A DNA stretch of 63,260 bases, filler included, from Atractiella rhizophila (Eukaryota), in the NCBI GenBank assembly GCA_021432655.1. It is 5 parts of 5 records of this genome, joined end to end, with 100 filler letters (N's around TTAATTAATTAA, not from the genome) between each part and the next. Parts side by side here need not be neighbours in the genome. Positions count along the whole stretch, not along the records: positions 25,258 to 50,251 come from MU271781.1; 4 more parts are not named here. The stretch is one strand, 5' to 3'. Below, piece by piece: positions 26,655-38,826 of this stretch; the first letter of the stretch is position 1, and every line of letters starts with the position of its first letter. The notes below the pieces were generated by a model, which saw nothing but the letters and a program-made list of their open reading frames with translations, did not search any database and was not told the origin of the DNA. A program made the translations under genes and the position numbers.

Positions 26655-27535
26655 TCTTATTTCCGAGTATTCCCTTTATTGCTTTCCTGATCTAGCTACC
26701 TTACATGTTTCAAGAAACTTATGTTACAGTTTATGGCAGTGCCTTGGCATATGTATATATACATTGAGATGTAGTGGTGGTGACCTCAGAGTATTCTCTT
26801 AGGTTTACCTCCACTACAGGTTAGTCTTCTCATGCTATACGATTCTCTTAGGTTTACCTCCACTACAGACGCATCGCCTATCGGCGACCGCACATAGTGT
26901 CAGCCCTAACACAACCACTCCTAGCCTTAGATCCTTACACTTTGTTGATGGTTGCTCTTGCTCTTCCATCTCCACATCCTGTGGCTCCTTGTCTTGAGTG
27001 TTTGATCTTGACTGTTAAGCAATGTCATAAACACTATTATGTATGTCGTGTCAAGGAACTTGTTTAAGTAAAAGATGAATGGCAGAGGCAGACAGCAACA
27101 AGCTTAACATGTTGTTGACACAGCACACTGGATTTGCCGTCCATTTCAAACAAACGTGTGCTCAAATGTCAGTCTGGTCAATTAATGACCTTGTTCCTCA
27201 CTTGATCTTTTGATATTCATAATTGTTTTGATTATAATACTCATGGTAGAGCAGCTCCTCAGACAATGACTCTGGTATTAGGGCTAACATTATGTATGGT
27301 CAAGGATGGGTGATACGTCTGCAGTGGAGATAAACCTAAGTGAATATCATGACATGAAGTGTCTAACCTGTGGTGGAGATAAACCTAAAGAGAATACTCC
27401 AAGGTCATTGCCACTACATCTTGGTTTATATAATGTGTAGGGTATTATTAGCATGAATTGTAAAGTATGTTTATGAAACATGTGTCATAGCTAAATCAGG
27501 AAGGTAATAAAGGAAATAGTTAGAAGTAAGTTATG
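26655..27535. repeat. Diverged ~255-bp inverted repeat (arms ~26655-26912 and ~27274-27535)
   Basis: e.g. CTTAGGTTTACCTCCACTACAG (twice) versus CTGCAGTGGAGATAAACCTAAG (twice). The left arm abuts an inverted LTR-A end at ~26912-26939. Confidence 0.75.
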
Positions 27536-28339
27536 GGAAGAGGAATAATATGAAAGGATGGTAAGATGAAACAATAGTAATGTAGACCAGCAAAATGAAC
27601 GGGAGTACTGAGTGGTGAACTGCATGTGAGACACAAAGCGGCAAAGAGTATGGGAAGGGGCAAAGTGGTGAGTGATAAAAGCACTGATTAGCGAATTAGG
27701 AAAGCAAGTCACGTGACCTGAACAAAAGCATTTTGGTAATGTATAGGAGCAAGCCTATCATCAGAATGGAACAAGATATAATAGGCCACTGAAATTGGAG
27801 AAGCAACTCAGTTGAATGCTCCTTTAAAAGATGGGCCATCCAGATATTGATGAGCAGGATGTGGAGGAGCTCTATCAATGGTACTATGGATCAGCTAGAG
27901 TAGATAAGGATGCAGGTGGTGAGATCAACTGTTTAGGTATGCATTTCCTCTGTATTGATATTTTTATTTCTGTTTCAAGGTGAGTGTTACCTCGCTTCAG
28001 CTGAGAAAGATTCCCTAAAAGCTTTCAATCTTTTCAAAAAAAGCTGGAATAACTTGTTAATGTTTTAATATATTGCAAGACGTATGACTAGATAGGCTGG
28101 AAATTGCAAGCCCGCCTAAGCTTGTACAAAAACTTGAGAAACTTGCTGACCTGCGAGCAGAGGGTTTGAAAGCTACATAAACTCACATGCCAATTTTAAC
28201 TGCCCTCTGTATGAGGGCTATCAGCCGTGCCCATACTGCAATAAGCCTCTTTATGACAGTGTTGGGGGGTTAACAAAGGACTGGAAATATTTCCACTTAT
28301 TCCACACCTTTGAGCTATTACAGGGAATACAGTCATAGG

Positions 28340-28638
28340 GAAACCATCAAGCCCTGTCATAAAGAAGAGCAATGGCTTGCTTTCTCATTCCAGGCCTAAA
28401 AGCTCTAAAGGATATTGATTAGTTCCTTCATGCTCTTTATGAGGAAGCAATTGAGATGGTATAAGGATTTCCCTCCAGTCCTCAGAGACAAAAACTGAAT
28501 TCATTCAGTGTACATACTTCATCTTTGTATTAGCCACAGACAAGCCACCAATAAATTGATGAACATGAAAGGCTTAAATGAAATTATGTGCTGCTGCACT
28601 TGTGAAGCTTGAGGGATCTACATGGCAGAACCTACTAC
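28340..28638 (+). pseudogene. Degenerate Tnp2/CACTA-type transposase relic (also at ~40478-40776)
   Basis: Translation with stops gives FLIPGLKALKDID*FLHALYEE...LMNMKGLNEIMCCCTCEA, resembling the IPGP..P.D..SFL.P and G..G...C..C motifs. Confidence 0.6.
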
Positions 28639-28773
28639 TGTAAGGATCTAAGGCTAGGAGCAGTTGGTGGTCAATAATAAGCACCAACACTCCTAGGCAA
28701 AACTAAACTACATAGTGATGACTTATATGAGTCATAAGAGGCAGATGACCAAAACAACACACTACAACTAACA
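28639..28773 (-). repeat. LTR-A (135 bp) acting as a Copia 3' LTR
   Basis: TGTTAG...CCTTACA on the minus strand, preceded by the purine-rich AGGTGGGAG and the RNase H end. Confidence 0.88.
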
Positions 28774-28976
28774 CTCCCACCTGGGCAGCTGTCTCTTGAT
28801 GCTCCCACCAAATCCAGAGAATCTCCCACCGAATTCATACAATGTATACTCAATATAAAGCAGAAAGCATATTAGTTTTGCAATGAAAAGAAGGGGAAAA
28901 GTCCTCATACCGCTTAAAGCGGCGTCTTATAACCCCACAGAGGAGGAAAGGAATTTTATTGCGCCCCATAACTGCC

Positions 28977-29511
28977 TCAGACACTTGGGTAGGGGCGCAA
29001 ACCCATCATAACTCGAAACTTGTCCACACTGGCGACTGGAAGTGCCTTGGTGAGGAGGCCTGCTGGCATATTGGCCCCCGGACAGAAGACTGGACTGATC
29101 TTGCCCATCTCAACAACATCTCTGAGCCAATAAAAGCGAAGATCCAGGTGTTTCATTCGACCATGGTGCTCAGGGTTCTTGGATACCTGGAGAGCACTGC
29201 TGCTGTCTGTGAAGAGGGGAGTAGGACCTTGAGGAGCGAAGCCAATCTCTTCTAAAAGATTCCTTAGCCAGACGACTTCTTGGCCAGCTGAGACTCGTGA
29301 GACATATTCTGCTTCGGTAGTAGAAAGGGCAACGAGGGTTTGCAGTTGGCTGCTCCAACTAACCGCTCCGTTGCCTATCTTGAGGAGATAGCCTCCCGTA
29401 GAACATCCAGTATCCTTGCACCCAGCAAAATCTGCATCGCAGGAGGCGTGAAAAGGTTGCTTGAGGTCAAAACCAGTTGCAGAATACTCAATTCCTAAGT
29501 TCTGAGTTCCT
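28977..29511 (-). pseudogene. Copia RNase H fragment
   Basis: CDADFAG, VALSTTEAEY, HHGRMKHLDLRFYWLRD, LLTKAL. Confidence 0.92.
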
Positions 29512-31606
29512 TTCTTGTCTCCACGTTGGAAGGCATGTCCTTTGAAATCAAGAGCAGTCAGCGGGGTGTGTAAGATAGTAGCGTTCACAAACCTCGTTTA
29601 ATGACTGGCTAGCACATAGCAGTGTGGACAGACCAGTGTATTTTCCTGTCCCAATCCAGTGGCTAAGTATCAAATCCCAAATAAATAAAGATTAAGCTAC
29701 CTGTCACAGGAAGCGAAGAGTTGTGATGGTCAGGACTTCCAATCTTACCTGGCCTTTCTAGATTTACAGTGTGGTCGATGGTGAGAGTAGGTGATAATCT
29801 ATAAGCAATTCGATAGATAAAAGCAAGAGACCACTCAAACAAATGAGCATACTGGTGTAGAGTGGCAGCAAGAGGATATCGGGGACTAAATGCATTTGAG
29901 CGTATTCAGCGTCAATGATATTGCAAAGGTAAATAAAGGCGTACTGTGTAGGGATTGTCGATTTGGAAAAGCGATTGGTTAGAGGAGTTTCGTGTTGCTC
30001 CTCATCTTTTGCCTCTTCTTTTACCGACTTCTTAATCTTCTTCGGCAAACCATCAGCTGCCCTCCATTTCTTCTTCTGCTCATTGAACGCCTCCTTAAGG
30101 AATGCATTCGCCTTGAAATGACCGTCATAGAGGCGCAGTGCAGGGAACTCACTTTCAAGGACTCCTGTCATGACATCAATAGCATTCTGTTCAGCCAATA
30201 GATGTCGCCATTTGCTGTTTCGGTATTGGGATGCGGAGATGATTTCGTCTAAGAGGTTACGTGAAAGGAGGCGGATCGACGCATCTTCATGAACTCGAAC
30301 GCCGTCCTCACCAACCAACCAATGACGGTGACCTTCGTTCTTTTGACTATGAACCCAAAATTCGATCGGGATCGTAGCTGGTCTGCTAGGCGGAATCGCC
30401 TGGAGAGTATATCGGTCCGCTTTCCATTTGGGTGGGATGGGAATGGTGCCATCAGGTTTGAATAAAAAAGGAGTGTGTTGAATGGGGGGTTCAATAACAG
30501 GTTTCGTGTCTGTTAAAATGCTTTGGAAAGCTCTGTCCCACACTTCCATTCTCAGTAAGGCTGACATAAAAGAGAGGGACACACTTCAACGTCTCGATTT
30601 CTCTCTGCAGGCTCCTCACTTCGGCCACCAAGCTGACCACAAACATGTTACCGGCTTTGAGCAAAGTTGCCAAGTTCGCCTTGCCAATGGCAGCAGTCTC
30701 TGTCAGAGTGAAGGTTTGTGTGTCCTCTGGCACACAGAACGAGGGAAAGATTGAGTTAAACGTGTTGGTGACGAGACTGGATAGCGTTGTAGTCTCAGCG
30801 TCAACAGAAGCAGCGGCTGGCCTGTTAGATGGGGATATTTTGAAAAGAGGAGAGTCCGAAGGGGTCAGCAGAGGTATTCTCTTTGGAATAATAATGCAGT
30901 CAGTGTGCCATCCATCTCTTAGAAAAAAGAAAAGGGTGATGAGCAAGACGTTCACACCTATTCCATGAAAGAATCTCCAGCTATCAGCAGACATCTTGTT
31001 CCTATTTGTACGATATTTGGCAATTAATATATATTAGATAGAGGTTAGAATTGAAATTGTGTCCAGTCAAATTTCGTCGTAAACAACTTCAAAAGGCGTC
31101 ACACCATCACATGACACGGGATCAGATATGAAGCCAGCTGAAACCAGTCAGATTCATAATGGCAAATGTGTCTGAAGAGGGAATTTGGTGTACTTGTGAA
31201 GAGTACTGTGGCGGAGTACCAAAACTGGTTTCACGTTCCACCGCTTTTCGCCATGAAAAGAAGAGGCTGCTTAGAGTACAAAGGAGAGGAGAAACAGCCA
31301 AACTAGGACGAGGAGATGAATATTCACAATCTCAAGAGGTGAGTATGTAAAATAGCCTGATGACAGTAAATTTACAGAAAATTGTAGCGTTCCGAAGAGA
31401 ATCAATTCGCTGCAGCATCAAACTCACCCTCAACCCATCAGAATCACGCATCCCCAAGACTATCATCGGATCATTCCATCTTTTATTCCGAAAATACCAG
31501 GGCACAGGCTACAGTCTGAGTAATAGTGGAGGATCCGGTGCATATGGAGTCGTTGGTATCTGGTCACAGGGATATGGACGAGGATGACGAGGAAGATGAA
31601 GTACTA
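29512..31606. repeat. 2095-bp copy of the internal part (33175-35269) of the CMC/CACTA element
   Basis: Identical ORF set at offset 3663. No TIRs. Confidence 0.95.
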
Positions 31607-31931
31607 GGTAAATAGGAAAAATAATGTTAATAAATAATTTTAATTTTAATTTTAATTTTAATTTTAATTTTAATTTTAGTTTTAATTTTAATCTTAATAG
31701 TATAAAGAATATAAATAAAAATATTTATTTATAATAAGAGTAATATAAATAAAAATATTTATTTATAATAAGAGTAATATAAATATAAATATAAATATAA
31801 ATATAAATATAAATATTATTTTTTTAATTATTATTTAAAGGAAAATCTTATAAGAAATTTAATTTTCTAAAGAAAATTTTTATATTATTAAATAATTATA
31901 TATTTTATCAAGAGGAATTAATTTAACCAAA
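31607..31931. repeat. Extremely AT-rich low-complexity tract
   Basis: (TTTTAA)n, (TATAAA)n and a short tandem duplication. Almost no G/C. Confidence 0.9.
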
Positions 31932-31948
31932 TGTAATCCTAGCCACAA

Positions 31949-31961
31949 GCTCTCGCTACCA
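31949..31961 (-). promoter_or_regulatory. Primer-binding site TGGTAGCGAGAGC, probably for initiator tRNA-Met
   Basis: Immediately follows the LTR end (CCTTACA) on the minus strand and is complementary to a tRNA 3' end ...UCUCGCUACCA. Repeated at 42161-42173; mutated at 50013-50025. Confidence 0.8.
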
Positions 31962-32254
31962 TGTAAGGATCTAAGCCCTGTCAACTTCGTTTTGGGAGTT
32001 TGGGATGTTTTGTGAGTTTTTGGAAGAGGTCCCAAATTTGCCCTAAAGGTACCAAAAAATGAGACTTATTGGGACGGTTTGGGAAAAGTTGGGAGGCGCT
32101 TAGTTACGGTTTTGGAAACTTTCAGGGCTTTTTGGGATAGTTTGGAAAGAGGTACATACAAAGCGACACTGTTTTGGAAATTTGAAAGAATGCATATTGT
32201 TTGATTATTGCAAAGTAAACATGATTGAGGTTAGATACACTTGAATAGTTCAGG

Positions 32255-34657
32255 TTAGGTAGGACCGATCCTCACAGCGGCTTTTGCTTTCGCCAACCAC
32301 TTCTGTGAAGCAACGTTAGAAGTGATTAACTAAGGAAATCAAACGCGAACTGACCTTCTTATCATTCGCAGAAAGCTTGCTATATTCAATGCTAAGATCC
32401 TTCCTAAAGCTAGGAGGAAGCGGCGCATTTGTGTTCCCTTTTCTCCACTCGTCCGTCTTGTGTTGGATGAACGCATTCCTACTCCGTAAGGAGCCTGATC
32501 AGTAACATAGGCAGTCATTGTGAGAAAGGAACAAACAAGCCGGGTTTCCCACCACGCTTTTCGGTCGTTGTAGCAGTAGAGGGAGTCATTGGGTTCTTGA
32601 GCAAAGAGTGCGCATCGGTGGGAATCTGCCGTTAAACATTAGCGGGAAGCAGAGATCAATAGGAAGCCTCACTGGAATATTTACCACGTTGATCTCGTGG
32701 CTAGGAGGCATAGCAAAAGCTGCAACGGGCGGGGCGGTAGTCGTATCAGTGTGCTGCGTGCGGTGGCCGCCAAACGACCGCATGGGGAGAGGTGATGCCA
32801 TGGGGAATGCTTGTGATGATAATGACGACTCTATTTGCGGAGTCAACTCATCAAGCTTAGTAGCATATCAAACCAGAAGTGCACATACCGACATGCACAA
32901 TTGATCTCGTTGGACGAAAGCCTGCAATAAGTCCCATTGTAAGGGAGACTGCCACAAAGCAATGAAAATGGACTGACATTCTTGAACTGACGGCTCACTC
33001 TGTGACCGCTCGGGCGCTTTCAAGTTGTCCGGATTTGGCACTGCAGTCTGATCCAGTGCGGGAAGGATATCTAGGGATGTTGATGACACTTGCAGTGCGA
33101 TTCGGAATCCATTGTGAACTGAGACTTAAGTGGACGTGTATGGTTTGTGTGTGTGGTAATCGGATTAGGCGCTGTTCTTGTCTCCACGTTGGAAGGCATG
33201 TCCTTTGAAATCAAGAGCAGTCAGCGGGGTGTGTAAGATAGTAGCGTTCACAAACCTCGTTTAATGACTGGCTAGCACATAGCAGTGTGGACAGACCAGT
33301 GTATTTTCCTGTCCCAATCCAGTGGCTAAGTATCAAATCCCAAATAAATAAAGATTAAGCTACCTGTCACAGGAAGCGAAGAGTTGTGATGGTCAGGACT
33401 TCCAATCTTACCTGGCCTTTCTAGATTTACAGTGTGGTCGATGGTGAGAGTAGGTGATAATCTATAAGCAATTCGATAGATAAAAGCAAGAGACCACTCA
33501 AACAAATGAGCATACTGGTGTAGAGTGGCAGCAAGAGGATATCGGGGACTAAATGCATTTGAGCGTATTCAGCGTCAATGATATTGCAAAGGTAAATAAA
33601 GGCGTACTGTGTAGGGATTGTCGATTTGGAAAAGCGATTGGTTAGAGGAGTTTCGTGTTGCTCCTCATCTTTTGCCTCTTCTTTTACCGACTTCTTAATC
33701 TTCTTCGGCAAACCATCAGCTGCCCTCCATTTCTTCTTCTGCTCATTGAACGCCTCCTTAAGGAATGCATTCGCCTTGAAATGACCGTCATAGAGGCGCA
33801 GTGCAGGGAACTCACTTTCAAGGACTCCTGTCATGACATCAATAGCATTCTGTTCAGCCAATAGATGTCGCCATTTGCTGTTTCGGTATTGGGATGCGGA
33901 GATGATTTCGTCTAAGAGGTTACGTGAAAGGAGGCGGATCGACGCATCTTCATGAACTCGAACGCCGTCCTCACCAACCAACCAATGACGGTGACCTTCG
34001 TTCTTTTGACTATGAACCCAAAATTCGATCGGGATCGTAGCTGGTCTGCTAGGCGGAATCGCCTGGAGAGTATATCGGTCCGCTTTCCATTTGGGTGGGA
34101 TGGGAATGGTGCCATCAGGTTTGAATAAAAAAGGAGTGTGTTGAATGGGGGGTTCAATAACAGGTTTCGTGTCTGTTAAAATGCTTTGGAAAGCTCTGTC
34201 CCACACTTCCATTCTCAGTAAGGCTGACATAAAAGAGAGGGACACACTTCAACGTCTCGATTTCTCTCTGCAGGCTCCTCACTTCGGCCACCAAGCTGAC
34301 CACAAACATGTTACCGGCTTTGAGCAAAGTTGCCAAGTTCGCCTTGCCAATGGCAGCAGTCTCTGTCAGAGTGAAGGTTTGTGTGTCCTCTGGCACACAG
34401 AACGAGGGAAAGATTGAGTTAAACGTGTTGGTGACGAGACTGGATAGCGTTGTAGTCTCAGCGTCAACAGAAGCAGCGGCTGGCCTGTTAGATGGGGATA
34501 TTTTGAAAAGAGGAGAGTCCGAAGGGGTCAGCAGAGGTATTCTCTTTGGAATAATAATGCAGTCAGTGTGCCATCCATCTCTTAGAAAAAAGAAAAGGGT
34601 GATGAGCAAGACGTTCACACCTATTCCATGAAAGAATCTCCAGCTATCAGCAGACAT
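32255..34657 (-). CDS. Spliced accessory gene(s) of the CMC element with a C-terminal HMG-box-like segment; may be one gene with a premature stop or two genes
   Basis: ORFs 34657-34154, 34245-33427, 33089-32868 and 32846-32586. The last exons splice to RSRNAFIQHKTDEWRKGNTNAPLPPSFRKDLSIEYSKLSANDKKKWLAKAKA. Confidence 0.6.
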
Positions 34658-34821
34658 CTTGTTCCTATTTGTACGATATTTGGCAATTAATATATATTAG
34701 ATAGAGGTTAGAATTGAAATTGTGTCCAGTCAAATTTCGTCGTAAACAACTTCAAAAGGCGTCACACCATCACATGACACGGGATCAGATATGAAGCCAG
34801 CTGAAACCAGTCAGATTCATA

Positions 34822-37800
34822 ATGGCAAATGTGTCTGAAGAGGGAATTTGGTGTACTTGTGAAGAGTACTGTGGCGGAGTACCAAAACTGGTTTCACGTT
34901 CCACCGCTTTTCGCCATGAAAAGAAGAGGCTGCTTAGAGTACAAAGGAGAGGAGAAACAGCCAAACTAGGACGAGGAGATGAATATTCACAATCTCAAGA
35001 GGTGAGTATGTAAAATAGCCTGATGACAGTAAATTTACAGAAAATTGTAGCGTTCCGAAGAGAATCAATTCGCTGCAGCATCAAACTCACCCTCAACCCA
35101 TCAGAATCACGCATCCCCAAGACTATCATCGGATCATTCCATCTTTTATTCCGAAAATACCAGGGCACAGGCTACAGTCTGAGTAATAGTGGAGGATCCG
35201 GTGCATATGGAGTCGTTGGTATCTGGTCACAGGGATATGGACGAGGATGACGAGGAAGATGAAGTACTACGTTGGTATCTGGTCACAGGGATATGGACGA
35301 GGATGACGAGGAAGATGAAGTACTATCTGAAAAAAGCTTCGGCGAGGATGGAGATGGCGAAAGGCAGGAGGACGGAAGGGGGCGAGATGCTGAGGACGAT
35401 GAAGATGTCGAATGTAGGTATTTTAAGTTTCGGTTTGATCTTGATTGAAGCTTTGTTGACTCTTAATTCCAAAATAGTGGCGAGAATGGTGCGGGAACTT
35501 GCAGTCCATGATGAATTCATACAGAAACAGATGCAGTCCTATCATCACCTTCAAATGCCATTTACAGTCGAAGAAATTTACGGATATGTACCTCTCAGTG
35601 AAGACGAGACCATCTCAGTTGAACTTTTCATGATTTGCGCAGGACGTGCTTCGGATGAGCTCTACAAAGTTTAAGTTGCTTTCTCAAAGCTCGCTCCAGT
35701 TATGACATCCTCAGTCTTCAAAAGATCAAAGACCTCATTCAACAACGTAGTCGCATCATTCCTGAATCTTACGACATGTGTCCAAATTCTCACATTGCTT
35801 ACACTGGAGTTTGGAGAGATCATTCAGCTTGCCCCAAATGCGGATTGTCCCGGAAATATTTTGTTGTCCCTTTCGAAGTTCCCCTGCAAACGCGTTGGTC
35901 TACAGGAGAAGGCGCAAAGCTGGCAAAACATCGTGCACGAAGGACACAGGAGCTGATGGCGAGATCAAGTCAACCTCCCTTCACGGTGGATGTCATGGAT
36001 GATATTTATTGTGGACGAGATTACCTTCAAGCCGTTTACGACCTCAGGATTCTTCCAACCAATTGTGTCCTTGGATTTTCTCTTGATGGAGCTCAAATTT
36101 ATGACAAAATCAAACCATCCGATTCAATCTTCATTATCATGATCGACTACAACCTCCCTCCGGAAATCCGCTACAAGCAACAATTCATCATTCCCATTGC
36201 CATCATTCCGGGTCCTCTCAAACCGTGGGACCAGAACTCTTTCCTGCTTCCTATTTTTGAACGAGTTAAACGTCTTCATGCTACTGGATTCCCATTGTAT
36301 GACGGAGAAGAGACTCACTGGATTCGATCGAGACCCTTTATTGCCTTGGGACTTTTTGATACACCCTGTCAAGCTGAAATGGGAGGAGAGGTCGGCCCAA
36401 CAGGGCGAGTTGGTTGCCACATCAATGGCTGCAAATGTGTTGGTGTCCATGTGCGTGGTGGTTCCATTTATTACTTCCCACTGCGAAGACCAACAAACTA
36501 CTCGGAATCTGAGGATGTTCGACCAAATTACGATCCTTGGAACCTTCCAACCGAGAGTGCAGCTGAGTTCCAGGCCCATGCAGAAGAGGTGGTGAGAGCA
36601 AGAGCTGCTGGGCGAGAAACTGAAGCGAAACGTCTTCAGAGAGAATATGGAATTGTAAAGGGTAGTCTATTCTCTCAAATTGAAACACTAGGCGGAGGTC
36701 CGCCATTTTGCTTTGTGATTGATGGCATGCATCACCCCAACTTCAATTTCTCAGAGCTCATGATGGGACTTTGGAGAGGCGAGATTCGGCTATCAGATAA
36801 AAAGTCAACTTCAGGCCTGGGAAAGCGTCAACGTGGTCAGGAAGCGGTGGGAGCCGAAGTTGTCGATGAGATTCCCCCTGATGACCGCCTGCCATGGGAG
36901 GTGCTAGTTGGCGAATGTTGGAGAAAGCACGGCATTGATGTTTCGAATACTCGCTGCTACATTCCTTCATCATGGGACAAATTCCTCCGAAATATCGATA
37001 TCAAATATTCTGCTTATCGAGCTAAGGAATGGGAGACCTATTTCTATGGTCTAGGACCCGGTCTGCTTCAAGGAATTCTGCCTGCGCCTTATTTCCAGCA
37101 TTACGTGAAAATTGTGCACTGTATGCGGGTCTTACGCAAGCGTCAAATAACCAAGGAGCAGTTGGATGAAGTGGAGAAGCTAATTGTAGAGTTTGTCGAA
37201 GAGTTTGAACGAGAATACTATCAGTATGATTCCAGACGACTTCATTTCTGCCGAATATCGCTCCACAAGCTGCTTCATCTATGTGACCAAACCAGACGTG
37301 TCGGCCCTTTCATTTATATCACTCAATGGACCCTAGAGCGAACAATCGGCCTGCTTGGTTCTCGCATATGCCAGCCATCGAATCCTTATCAGAATCTTTC
37401 TCAGCAGACCATCCGGCAAGCTCAATGTCAAGCCATCCGGTCCATTGACTCTAAACTCCTTCTGCCTAGAAGTCAACAGTCTCTCCCACGAGGTGCTTTG
37501 CAGCTTGGGAATTCGTTTCACTTCCTTCGTGCGAAGTTAGACTGCTTCCTTGAGGATCCAATCCAACGAAAGTCATTTGAAGCATACCTTTTACGCTGGG
37601 CTCCAAATGCTCAGTGGGACGGTAATTTTGTAAAGTGGGCTCGTTTGCAGCTACCTCATGGTGAGGTAGTACGAACCAAGTGGAAGGAGCTTGAACGACA
37701 CAACGAGGACGTGCGGATCAGCAGGAACATAAAATATCACTCCCTCATGTATCCATCTCCCGGTTCTGCTGGTCCACCGGTATTACAGATCACCTTCGCA

Positions 37801-38052
37801 GAGGTTCAATTCTTCCTTCAGCTCAAAGCAGGGGATCATTTTCACTACCTTGCACTCCTTTCTCCTTATCGACAAGTCCAACAGCACGATCCGTGGGGCA
37901 CCTTACTAACGTGTCAACAAGCTCTTCCAAACTGTTTCGAGGTCATAAACGTAAAGCAGATTGTAGAGGTAGTTGCGGTTGTCCCGAGAGAATGGTTTAA
38001 TGATTTCTTTATTGTGGAACGACTCGGCGGAATAGGAGTGGAGACAGATTGA
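34822..38052 (+). CDS. Tnp2-family (CACTA) transposase: intact 758-aa ORF 35776-38052, upstream exons carry frame disruptions
   Basis: DMCPNSH..YTG, CPKCG, FSLDGAQ, YNLPPEIRY, IIPGP, IDGMH, YRAKEW, LHKLLHL, QWTLERTIG. N-terminal CTCEEYC...RH motif. Confidence 0.9.
35214..35325 (+). repeat. Perfect 56-bp tandem duplication inside the transposase gene
   Basis: CGTTGGTATC...GAAGTACTA occurs twice (35214-35269, 35270-35325). Confidence 0.95.
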
Positions 38053-38175
38053 TGTATATTACCCTGCTGTACATTTACAAATTTCAACTTTTGTCTACGA
38101 GCGCAGTTTAGAACCGACAACCTGTATTACACTCCATTAAACGCACACAAACCGTCCAACACAGTGACCATAACG

Positions 38176-38826
38176 ATGCCAGTCCTTTCACCCTGCCACA
38201 ATGGTTGCTTCTTACGCCCAGACGAGGCGGAAGGACATGCCTCTGCATTCACTGTGCTGGCAAATTTGAACTATACTCTCGCTGTCAAGTGAGGACATAC
38301 CTATAAGCCTCTCCAACATACATATTCGCACCGTCAAACAGGCATTGCAATTAATTCCACCCTATGAGGCCTCTGAGCAATGTTCTGAGCGAATTGTTGG
38401 CAGAATAACATGTTGTTGGAGCAGATACAACCGTCCAATTCGCACGCTTTCCGCTGGTTCTTACGAAAGTCAATGTTACCTTGAAAGACAGACATTTCCT
38501 GCTCATGGGACTTTGTTCTCACGAAACCACATCAAATTCTGAGAGCGGACTACAAATATATACTAACGTAAGTAAAGTCAAAACAATAAGGATCCTCAAT
38601 CAATTACAAGGGACGTATGGCGACACAATACACACCCTCCGATTCTTACTCAAACAAGACGAAGTGGCATATATAACTTTCGATAGAAATCCATCTGTCC
38701 AAGCACAAGCACATATCCACGAAATATCTAACAATTTCATATATCATTAGACAATGGACTCACAACAGAATAATCAAGTTTGTAACAAGCGCCTGGTACA
38801 GAAACTCAAACTTGCTTCGCATAGCC
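38176..38826 (+). pseudogene. Possible third, spliced gene of the CMC element with in-frame TAA stops
   Basis: ATG CCA GTC..., GT-AG intron-like segments, and a continuing frame interrupted by two TAA codons. Confidence 0.3.

Larger units (their letters stand above)
26984..29392 (+). repeat. ~2.4 kb direct repeat, copy 1 (copy 2 at 39122-41530)
   Basis: Constant offset of 12138 nt. Duplicated ORFs 27491/39629 and 28959/41097. Confidence 0.95.

Noticed and set aside
28977..29588. 203-aa ORF as a novel RNase H fusion protein
   Set aside because: Its N-terminus is chance read-through across the Copia/CMC-copy junction at 29511/29512. The same applies to the LTR-derived MLIIDHQPLLALDPY starts at 41576 and 43359.
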